A stretch of DNA of 64,000 bases. It comes from Candidatus Eiseniibacteriota bacterium (lineage in GTDB: Bacteria; Eisenbacteria; RBG-16-71-46; JASEGR01). The stretch lies in contig JASEGR010000002.1 in the NCBI GenBank assembly GCA_030017955.1, positions 10,485-74,484 on the forward strand, given 5' to 3'. The stretch's first letter is position 1; every line of letters starts with the position of its first letter. Below, one piece after another: positions 9,241 to 17,210 of the stretch. Under the pieces are notes generated by a model. That model saw only the letters and a list, made by a program, of their open reading frames with translations, made no database searches and was not told the origin of the DNA. A program made the position numbers and the translations under genes.

Positions 9241-10157
9241 CGTTGGTCGTGAACCACGAACTCCAGCCTTGTTCCCTCGTCCACACTAGATTCCAGCTTC
9301 ATTTCGTCGGAACAATTCTTTATGTTGGGAAGCCCCATCCCTGCGCCGAAACCGAGCTCCCTGACCCAGTCAGGCGCCGTCGAATAGCCGGGCCGCATGG
9401 CAAGTTCAATGTCGGCGATTCCCGGGCCCTTATCAATCGCAGTGACAGTCACTCTGTTGGATTCCACTCTGGCTTTAAGCTCGCCGCCTTGCGTAAAGAT
9501 GACCATATTCATTTCAGCCTCGTAGCAAGCAATCACGATTCTTCTTGTGATATCCGGAGGGACGCCCAATCTCAACAAATCCGTTTTCAGTTTACTGCTC
9601 TGTTCTCCGGCTTTCTTGAAGTTTCCGCCCTCCACCGGGTATCTCAACTCCAGGGTGGAGTATTCAGATATCATGTCCTCAAATATGTGACTTGCTCTGT
9701 ATCTGTGAACTTCTTCCTGGTGGTAGTCAACCTCAAGTTTCCGGAGGAGACAGTCAACAATGTCACCCTTCGTCATGATTCCCGCCAGTTCTCTAGTATC
9801 GCGGTCCAATACCGGAAAACGTCCGAACCCACTAGTCTCAAACCTGCGGATGGCATGGGTGAGCGGCTCGTCGGCGTAGAGGACCTCCACATCTTTCGTC
9901 ATCTTGTCTCCGATCTTGCTGTCAAGCTCTCCCTTCATGATGCAATTCACCAAATCCTCGATGCTTATGATTCCTACCAGTTTCCCGTTTTTGCAGACAG
10001 GCATTCCGGAGATTCTCAGGTCTCTCAGCTTGATCCTCAGGTCATTCAGAGTATCTTCCGGTCCGATCGTGTGCATGTTCGTTGTCATCGCCTGCGCCAC
10101 CTTAAGTTCATAGGCAAGTTCCTGTATCTTCGATGGTCTCTTATCATCTTCTTTCAT
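9237..10157 (-). CDS. CBS-pair plus GHKL kinase-like ATPase (anti-sigma-factor-kinase-like) protein
   Basis: 306 aa with two CBS motifs (ISGMPVCKNGKLVGIISIEDL; FGRFPVLDRDTRELAGIMTKGDI). A C-terminal IDKGPGI...GFGAGMGLPNI region follows. Confidence 0.75.
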   Translation of the reverse strand: MKEDDKRPSKIQELAYELKVAQAMTTNMHTIGPEDTLNDLRIKLRDLRISGMPVCKNGKLVGIISIEDLVNCIMKGELDSKIGDKMTKDVEVLYADEPLTHAIRRFETSGFGRFPVLDRDTRELAGIMTKGDIVDCLLRKLEVDYHQEEVHRYRASHIFEDMISEYSTLELRYPVEGGNFKKAGEQSSKLKTDLLRLGVPPDITRRIVIACYEAEMNMVIFTQGGELKARVESNRVTVTAIDKGPGIADIELAMRPGYSTAPDWVRELGFGAGMGLPNIKNCSDEMKLESSVDEGTRLEFVVHDQR

Positions 10158-10546
10158 TTTCTGGTTTTTGAGACCTTGCGATCTTTTCCACTCACTCTGT
10201 CAGCCTCAGAGCACCCAATGATCCCGGCCCTGAACAGTCTCCCGCAGCTCTCAAACATTGGCAGCTGCGTCGTAAGGAGCGCTATCTCCTTGGTCTTCGC
10301 CAGATTGATCACGTCGCCGCTGGGCACCTTGCCTCTGACAAAGCATATCGCTTCTATATCCGTCATTTCCGCCGTGTAGATCGCTTGAGCGGTCGTCAGT
10401 CCCGTGAGGAGCAGTGTCTGGGGTTTTATGAAAGCCAGCACATCACTCATCAAGTCACATCCGCATCCCATTCTTATGTCCAGATTCTCATCCGGACATA
10501 CCAATGGCTTGGCATCCAGGATCGCCAATATCTCTTTAAGCTTCAT
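10154..10546 (-). CDS. DRTGG-domain protein (second copy)
   Basis: 130 aa with GCGCDLMSDVLAF...LLLTGL, paralogous in layout to 8905..9240. Confidence 0.6.
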   Translation of the reverse strand: MKLKEILAILDAKPLVCPDENLDIRMGCGCDLMSDVLAFIKPQTLLLTGLTTAQAIYTAEMTDIEAICFVRGKVPSGDVINLAKTKEIALLTTQLPMFESCGRLFRAGIIGCSEADRVSGKDRKVSKTRK

Positions 10547-12413
10547 GAGCCCTCCTGAAATCCTTTACAGGCACCGGCTTTTCGAGTGTCTTGAGATTTC
10601 TTGCCTCCTCTCCGGAGACCTTGATAACGGCCGAGACCTTCACCGGGCAAACGTCCAGGCACGTCCCGCATTTAGTGCATTTTGGCTGCTCTATTATGTG
10701 TATCTGCTTTGATGCCCCTATGATGGCTTGAGTGGGACATTCCTTCAGGCATTTCAGGCAACCAACGCACTTTTCCGGGACAATGTAGTATTTCACTAGG
10801 TTCTTACACACCAGGGCAGGACACCGTTTCTCCTTGATATGAGCTTCATATTCTTCCCTGAAATATTTAATTGTAGAAAGAACGGGATTTGGAAGGGTTG
10901 TTCCAAGACCGCACATTGAGCCATCCTTGATTGCTATTCCGAACTCTTCCAAGAAGTCAACATCTCCTTCTTGACCCTCCCCATCTGATATTCTCGTCAA
11001 GACTTCAAGTAATGCTTCGCTACCATCTCTGCAAGTGATGCATTTTCCGCAGGATTCATCGTTTGTAAATTGGACGAAGTACTTTGCCACGTCCACCACA
11101 CAAGTGTCTTCATCCAATACTATCATGCCCCCAGACCCCATCATAGACCCCGCCTCTGTCAGGCTTTCATAGTCAATAGGCAGGTCTATCAGATCATATG
11201 GAATGCATCCACCTGAAGGTCCGCCTGTCTGAACAGCCTTGAATTTCTTGTCACCCGGAATGCCCCCTCCGATTTCATAAATTATCTCACGAAGGGTGAT
11301 TCCCATTGGAACCTCAATCAGCCCTGTATTGTTTATCTTTCCGACAAGAGAGAATATCTTTGTCCCCTTGCTCGTCTCAGTCCCTATGTTTGAGAACCAA
11401 CCAGCGCCTCTATTGATAATAACAGGGACATTTGCCAGGGTTTCAACGTTGTTCAAAACTGTCGGGCATCCCCAGACTCCAACCTGAGCAGGAAAGGGTG
11501 GTCTCTGTCTTGGCTCCGGGCTTTCACCTTCAATTGAATGAATAAGAGAGGTCTCCTCTCCACAGACAAACGCGCCAGATCCCTCTCTTATCTCGATGTC
11601 AAAATCAAAGCTCGAGCCAAGTATGTCCTCACCAAGCAAACCATAATCCCTTGCCTGAGAAATGGCAATCTGCATACGTCTTATGGCCAACGGGTATTCC
11701 GTTCTAACATAGAAATAACCATGGGAAGCACCTATGGCATATGCAGCAATTGTCATACCCTCTATGGCAGAGTGCGGGTCTGACTCAAACAAGCTTCTGT
11801 CCATGTAGGCCCCAGGGTCCCCCTCATCGCAATTGCCAATTATATACTTGGGAGTTTTCTTCTCTCCTCTACAGACCCTCCATTTTATGCCCGAGGGAAA
11901 TCCAGCGCCCCCCCTGCCCCTCAGCCCCGACTCTATGACCTCCTCTATGACCCTCTGCGGCTCCATCGTCCTCAGAGCCTTTTCCAGCGCCGCATAACCA
12001 TCCCTTGCTATGTAATCATCAATCTTTTCCGGGTCAATTATTCCCTTGTTTCTCAAAACAATAAGCAACTGTTTCTTAAAGAATGGGATATCCTGGACCA
12101 GAGGGGTCGGCTCTTTTTTCTCTGGTGGAACAAACATTAGTCTCCTTACCGGTCTTCCCTTGAGAAAGTGTTCCTGAACAAGAAACGGTATATCCTCAGG
12201 TCTTAGAAAGCCATAGAAGATCCCGTCTGGTTCAACCACCAAAAGGGGGCCTTGACCACAAAAACCATTGCATCCTGTTATCACAACGGAGACCTCGTTC
12301 TGGAGCCCCTGTTTTGCAATCTCTCTTTCAAGACATTCCCTTATTCCAAAGGCGCCGCCAGCTACGCAGCCGGTTCCGGTACATAACATCAACTCTATTC
12401 TTCTCGCAGCCAC
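10536..12413 (-). CDS. NuoF/HydB-like NAD(H)- and FMN-binding subunit with N-terminal thioredoxin-like [2Fe-2S] domain and C-terminal ferredoxin domains
   Basis: 625 aa with GRGGAGFPSGIKW, CDEGDPGA, a NuoF [4Fe-4S] motif (ESCGKCITCRDG) and C-terminal CVGCLKCLKECP / CTKCGTCLDVCP. Confidence 0.9.
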   Translation of the reverse strand: MAARRIELMLCTGTGCVAGGAFGIRECLEREIAKQGLQNEVSVVITGCNGFCGQGPLLVVEPDGIFYGFLRPEDIPFLVQEHFLKGRPVRRLMFVPPEKKEPTPLVQDIPFFKKQLLIVLRNKGIIDPEKIDDYIARDGYAALEKALRTMEPQRVIEEVIESGLRGRGGAGFPSGIKWRVCRGEKKTPKYIIGNCDEGDPGAYMDRSLFESDPHSAIEGMTIAAYAIGASHGYFYVRTEYPLAIRRMQIAISQARDYGLLGEDILGSSFDFDIEIREGSGAFVCGEETSLIHSIEGESPEPRQRPPFPAQVGVWGCPTVLNNVETLANVPVIINRGAGWFSNIGTETSKGTKIFSLVGKINNTGLIEVPMGITLREIIYEIGGGIPGDKKFKAVQTGGPSGGCIPYDLIDLPIDYESLTEAGSMMGSGGMIVLDEDTCVVDVAKYFVQFTNDESCGKCITCRDGSEALLEVLTRISDGEGQEGDVDFLEEFGIAIKDGSMCGLGTTLPNPVLSTIKYFREEYEAHIKEKRCPALVCKNLVKYYIVPEKCVGCLKCLKECPTQAIIGASKQIHIIEQPKCTKCGTCLDVCPVKVSAVIKVSGEEARNLKTLEKPVPVKDFRRAHEA

Positions 12414-12417
12414 CGGC

Positions 12418-12801
12418 TCAACCTCCCTTTTCCGAGCCTATACCAATGGCATATTCTGTTACTATGTTCCCGCCCAAAACATGTTCTTTGAATATTCTTG
12501 CTGTCTTATCAGGGGTGAGGTCTCCATACTTAACAGGGGGGGTATTCACCAATTCAACAGTAGCCATCGGTTCCCTTGAGCAAAGTCCTGCGCAGCCCGA
12601 CGTCGTGACCATTATGTCTTTCACCCCGCCCTTTTCCAGTTCACTTAGAAATGTTGAGACAATCTCTCTCGCACCGGCAGCGATCCCACAAGTTCCCATA
12701 TGAACTACTATCCGTCCCCTGAACTCCCCGTCTCTGAGGTAAATGCTCTTCTTTGCCTCTTCTCTTTTTTTCCTTAATTCGTCAATCGTGAGTTTGGTCA
12801 T
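12418..12801 (-). CDS. Thioredoxin-like [2Fe-2S] ferredoxin (HndB-like)
   Basis: 127 aa with HMGTCGIAAGA and SGCAGLCSREP. Confidence 0.75.
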   Translation of the reverse strand: MTKLTIDELRKKREEAKKSIYLRDGEFRGRIVVHMGTCGIAAGAREIVSTFLSELEKGGVKDIMVTTSGCAGLCSREPMATVELVNTPPVKYGDLTPDKTARIFKEHVLGGNIVTEYAIGIGSEKGG

Positions 12802-12802
12802 A

Positions 12803-13675
12803 CTAGGCTTCCTTGTACCTGTTTACTATGTCCGGGACTTGGGCGGTGGTTAACTTACCATACACAACATCGCCCACCGTCGCAGCAGGTGCCAGCCCGC
12901 AGCACCCGATACACCTGACGCCCTTCAGTGTGAATTTCATGTCTTTTGTTGTCTCCTCAGGTTTTATGCCAAGGAGATCCCCAAATCTCTCCATTAATCT
13001 TTCACTCCCTTTGACATAACATGTTGTTCCAGTACAGACGTTTATTATGTGCTTGCCTCTCGGAGTCATGCTGAACGCACTATAGAACGTTGCCATCCTC
13101 AGGATATGAGTTAGAGGGGTATTAGTTTCCTGCGACACATATCTCAACGTATTCTCCGGAAGATAATTGTAGGCCGCATTTATCTCCTGAAGAATGGGCA
13201 TCAACAAACCCTCCCGGCCCTTGTGCTTCTCAACGATTTCCGTCACTTTTTCTTTGAATTGCTGCTCCAACTCTACTTTTGCAATATCCAGGGGCTGGAC
13301 GACCTCCAGTATCGGACAGTTTTCAACACAAGTGCCGCAACCCGTACATTTGATTTCATCTATGTAGCTTGCCTTCCTTTTCAGGACCACCTTGAAATGC
13401 CCGGCTTCTCCTTCCACCTTCTCTATCTCCGACGATGCAATTATCTCTATGTCCTTGTGCCTGCCGATTGCCACGAGTCTTGGCGCCATGGTGCACATTG
13501 CGCAGTCATTCGTGGGGAATGTCTTGTCAAGCTGCGACATCACGCCGCCAATAGAAGCTTCTTTCTCAACGAGGTAAACCTTTATGCCGGATTCGGCAAG
13601 GTCGATTGCTGCCTGCATACCGGCAATTCCACCGCCAACGACCAGAGTCGATCCTATCTTGTTGTTATCCTTCAT
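12803..13675 (-). CDS. Fusion of the HdrA N-terminal FAD-binding half with a NuoE/HydC-like [2Fe-2S] subunit
   Basis: aa 1-125 read VVGGGIAGMQAAIDLAESG...DKTFPTNDCAMC...IDEIKCTGCGTCVENCP, which is HdrA-like. aa ~140-290 read LMPILQEIN...NVCTGTTCYVKG...CIGCCGLAP, which is NuoE-like. Confidence 0.8.
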   Translation of the reverse strand: MKDNNKIGSTLVVGGGIAGMQAAIDLAESGIKVYLVEKEASIGGVMSQLDKTFPTNDCAMCTMAPRLVAIGRHKDIEIIASSEIEKVEGEAGHFKVVLKRKASYIDEIKCTGCGTCVENCPILEVVQPLDIAKVELEQQFKEKVTEIVEKHKGREGLLMPILQEINAAYNYLPENTLRYVSQETNTPLTHILRMATFYSAFSMTPRGKHIINVCTGTTCYVKGSERLMERFGDLLGIKPEETTKDMKFTLKGVRCIGCCGLAPAATVGDVVYGKLTTAQVPDIVNRYKEA

Positions 13676-14838
13676 GCTGCTTTTGCCTCACTGACAGCTT
13701 CCTGCCCAAGAGCGCTTTCTTTGACGGCTTGAAAGTAGAGACCCAGTGGACGATATACTGCGTGTCCTAATTTTCCGAAGGGAATTTCGACAATCAGCAT
13801 CGGAACAACTACCACCATGTGGACAAAATAGGCGTAGTGTGCGGTCATTGCGAATCCCAGATATCTGAATATGTGGACGGCAATTCCGGTCAGCGCCGTA
13901 AGGAATATCAGTGTGGGGAGTGACCAGTCACTGAAGCTCGAAAACCTGTGCACCTGCTCTTTTTTCCTGATGCGCCCTAAAAGACTCTCACCGCTGCCGT
14001 ATAACAAAGCCAAAGTGGCGAGGTAGCCCAGCCATCTTTGCGGATGATAGATGGGGTATATGTTGTCGGTCTGAAACCATTTCAAAAAGAAGAGAACCAG
14101 TATGCTTATGAGAGCAAATCCGCCGAAAAGAATCAGGTGCTTCACCCATCTTGTCTTGTCCGTGCATTCCCTGAAGCGCATCTGAGCGAACCCGTGCAGC
14201 AGCAACGTCTTCATCTCTTTTAGAAACAAGACCGGCGGTATTCTCATTCCTTTGTCTTTGTGGATGGAAAGCCAGTACATACGGAAGGCGTTGGTGATCA
14301 TCAGGACAACCGGTATCAGGAAGACAACATACGTAAAATAGGTGATATTGCCGAACATGTGGCTCAGTCCCAGGGACATTTTGAGGAAGTCGCCGGCCTG
14401 GACGCCCTGCAAGGCTTCGACAAACTTCAAATGGTAGAAGAGCACAAGAAGAAAGACGAGGCCGGCCACGAACAAGCTCGCTATGAACCTCGCTATTCCC
14501 GAGCGGTACAATCTTGAGGACAAGCCGGTCCAGTCGTACTGAGATGAAAGATATCGCCTCAGTGTCATCATCGCCTCTCCAGGCTCTGCCTGGTGAGGAC
14601 AAGTCACAGCACAATCGCCGCAGTAGTAGCAGAGCCATGGTTCAAGGCCTGTTCTGAGTTTGTCCTTGAGCCCATAATGCACGTAGCGAATGGTCCGTCG
14701 CGGGAATGAAGCGGAGTCTTTAGACAGAGGACACGTTATCGTGCAGCTTCCACAATTGAAACAACCGCCTACGTCAAATTTGCCAAATCTGCGGACACAG
14801 GAAAGCAAAGCCGGTTCGATTCTTATTTCTTGGGCCAT
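13672..14838 (-). CDS. QmoC/HdrC-HdrE-like protein: 2x[4Fe-4S] N-terminal domain fused to a multi-helix membrane (cytochrome b-like) domain
   Basis: Contains CFNCGSCTITCP and CYYCGDCAVTCP, then at least five hydrophobic helices with conserved His. The track start is TTG 14853. ATG 14838 (MAQEIRIE) has a GGAG 10 nt upstream, so I prefer it. Confidence 0.7.
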   Translation of the reverse strand: MAQEIRIEPALLSCVRRFGKFDVGGCFNCGSCTITCPLSKDSASFPRRTIRYVHYGLKDKLRTGLEPWLCYYCGDCAVTCPHQAEPGEAMMTLRRYLSSQYDWTGLSSRLYRSGIARFIASLFVAGLVFLLVLFYHLKFVEALQGVQAGDFLKMSLGLSHMFGNITYFTYVVFLIPVVLMITNAFRMYWLSIHKDKGMRIPPVLFLKEMKTLLLHGFAQMRFRECTDKTRWVKHLILFGGFALISILVLFFLKWFQTDNIYPIYHPQRWLGYLATLALLYGSGESLLGRIRKKEQVHRFSSFSDWSLPTLIFLTALTGIAVHIFRYLGFAMTAHYAYFVHMVVVVPMLIVEIPFGKLGHAVYRPLGLYFQAVKESALGQEAVSEAKAA

Positions 14839-15693
14839 TTCAGTTTGCTCCAATTAGCTTTTCCTCTGCTGCCTCATCTGTGTTCTGTGTGATGCCATGC
14901 CCTTGCGAGCGCAGCCGTTCAAGACAAACTAATCCTCGTTTTTTTCACAGCATGAGACGAAGTACTAGAAACTGCCCAACCTTCGAGGAAGGAAATCCTG
15001 AACCGTTCAGAGCTCAATGTTCAGTTTTTCCGATGCAATATAAGCCAACTCATACCCAAAGTCAACCATTTATACACGACACGTTTTTCAAAGGCAAGCA
15101 CATTTTTTGATTCGGGGGACACGCCACCTAGTTCGAGAAAATATGCGCAGTCACGTACCTCCGTGTGCCCAGCCCAGGTTTGGTTCCTCGGCACGGATTC
15201 GACTGGGCTTCCGGTGCTCGTCAGCCAATTGCTCTTCGAGCTGTCCTTTCCCTCCTGCCGAAAATATCGATCCTTCTTGAACTCGCTCACTCGAATTTGC
15301 GAACTTGGGCTTCGCCCTCAGACAGCGCAAATTCGTCCCTTTCGGGTCGCTCCCTCGTCCAAGAAGGGAGTCCAGAGATTTTCAGAAAGTCGGTTCAAGG
15401 ACATCTCCAAGCCTGCCTGCTGCACGGCCGCGTCACCGACCCGGGCCGAGCCCCAATTGAATTGAGTTACGTGTCACCCTGATTAGCAGCAAAACACTGG
15501 TTAGTGAGTATGGCCCCACGTCTCACGTGTAATGCTCCATTGAAAGCTCTCGTCACGCTCGTGACTACTGATTGGAGCGTGGGGGCACTCCCTCTCGGCC
15601 AAAGGTCAAAGCCCAACGACGGCCTCTCCAGAAGAAAGCCCGCGTTTGCTTCCCTGCCACAAAACATGACCCACTGGCACAGGAAGATTGGAC

Positions 15694-15722
15694 TTGACAC
15701 TTGTTCAATATGCATATATGTT
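15694..15722 (+). promoter_or_regulatory. Candidate sigma70 promoter (TTGACA-17 nt-TATGTT)
   Basis: Read directly from the sequence. It lies upstream of ATG 15748. Confidence 0.3.
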
Positions 15723-15747
15723 CAAGCATATTGAACGGGACGCGAGA

Positions 15748-16803
15748 ATGAACACAAGTCAAGAACCTAGAGAAGAAGATGAATCCGGGCAGGAGTTTCT
15801 CTTGGATGCCCTGGATGCATTCCGCCGAGAGACGCACCTGAACGTGGAGAGATGCCAAGGTGACATCGCGGCGGATGGGAGACAAATCGATACAATGATT
15901 CGCTTGAAGGCTCAACAACGTGAGATACGATTCTGTGTCGAGATGAAGACGGGAGTGACCGACACAGTCATAGGCCGCTTGGCCCATCAATTCGAAGAGT
16001 ACTCGGGAAAATGGTTGGTGGTGACGCCTCATGTCCCGCAGCGTCTGGCAAGGAAGTTGAGAGACCTTAATATCCAGTTCATGGATACAGTCGGCAACGC
16101 CTATATCAACGAGCCGCCAATCTTCATTTTCATAAACGGCAACAAGCCTCAGCGACGGCTTCAGCTGACATCGGAAGAAGGCATGCTAGGACGGGCTGGC
16201 TTGCACGTGGTCTTTGCGCTTTTGTGCAAAAGAGAATTGGAAAATGCTCCCTATCGTGACATTGCTGAGGTAGCGGACGTAGCCCTTGGAACCGTAGCCG
16301 CTGTTGTGAAGGATCTGCTTCGCCAGGGGTATATGATTGAGAAACAAGAGGGGGGGCGGAAGCTCACAAGGAAGAAAGAACTTCTCGACAAATGGACGAT
16401 TGCATATGCTGAAAGGGTCCGCCGGAAGACCCTGATTGGACGCTATACTGCGATCCGACCTGAGTTCTGGCAAGACGTTGATCTTGTACCCTACGATGCA
16501 CAATGGGGCGGTGAAGTTGCTGCAGATAGAATGGTACATTACGTGAGGCCGGAGATCGTTACGATCTACGCACGACGTCCGCTGAACGACCTTCTGCTTG
16601 CTCTTAAGCTTCGGAAGAACCAAGAAGGCCACGTAGAATTGCGACAGCGCTTTTGGAAATTCGAGCTGAACGAACTCAGAAGAGATCTCGTACCACCGCT
16701 TCTCGTCTACGCTGACCTCTTAGCCACTGCGGACGTGCGTAATGTTGAAACAGCCAGAATGATCTACAATGAGTATCTTCAAAAACACCTCAAGGAGGAC
16801 TGA
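15748..16803 (+). CDS. AbiEi_2/DUF2186-like winged-helix regulator (type IV TA antitoxin-like); weak call
   Basis: Contains an HTH-like segment, YRDIAEVADVALGTVAAVVKDLLRQGYM. Its size and position next to fic and R-M genes also fit. The track start is TTG 15688; ATG 15748 is preferred because of the promoter-like element. Confidence 0.45.
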   Translation: MNTSQEPREEDESGQEFLLDALDAFRRETHLNVERCQGDIAADGRQIDTMIRLKAQQREIRFCVEMKTGVTDTVIGRLAHQFEEYSGKWLVVTPHVPQRLARKLRDLNIQFMDTVGNAYINEPPIFIFINGNKPQRRLQLTSEEGMLGRAGLHVVFALLCKRELENAPYRDIAEVADVALGTVAAVVKDLLRQGYMIEKQEGGRKLTRKKELLDKWTIAYAERVRRKTLIGRYTAIRPEFWQDVDLVPYDAQWGGEVAADRMVHYVRPEIVTIYARRPLNDLLLALKLRKNQEGHVELRQRFWKFELNELRRDLVPPLLVYADLLATADVRNVETARMIYNEYLQKHLKED

Positions 16804-16811
16804 CTAACGCC

Positions 16812-17018
16812 ATGACGTTCAACCCGCGTGATCCCTACAATGAATTGCCCCTACTGCCACCAAAGGCAGACTTAGAAACAAGGGGTGTCTTAAAGAAATT
16901 GGCATCTGCTCGTGGTGCTCTCGGAGAACCCAAAGGTATCGTCAACCTGATTCCCAACTTCAGGAAAGTGACATGTGTCGCTCAGACACGTATTTGTCAG
17001 AACGTGTGTCGGCAATGA
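16812..17018 (+). pseudogene. Remnant of a Fic-family gene (only the Fic_N segment survives)
   Basis: The first ~50 codons read FNPRDPYNELPLLPPKADLETRGVLKKLASARGALGE.KGIVNLIPN, matching the Fic N-terminal signature. The frame then degenerates and stops. No HxFx(D/E)GNGR core follows. Confidence 0.6.
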
Positions 17019-17210
17019 AACAGACGACACATGTGTGGAATTATGTGTATCCTCATGACACATATGCTGATTTGGTTCCAAATGTGGTCAAGATTCGATT
17101 CTGAATGTCGAGATAGACGTTTTTCTGAACGCGGTGTGAAAAACGTGTCCATGTCGTGAACACATTACTATTTCGTGCAAAGACCGGGATAGATTTCGGC
17201 CAACTTCACT

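Noticed and set aside
15195-15203. GGATTCGAC, a string reminiscent of the 5 prime region of tmRNA, inside the 0.9-kb non-coding gap.
   Set aside because: No GGGG acceptor start lies at the right distance. There is no matching 3 prime T-arm or CCA-proximal complement, and no tag-peptide reading frame on either strand. An RNase P-like GGAAAG string on the other strand also fails the conserved AAAGUCC motif.
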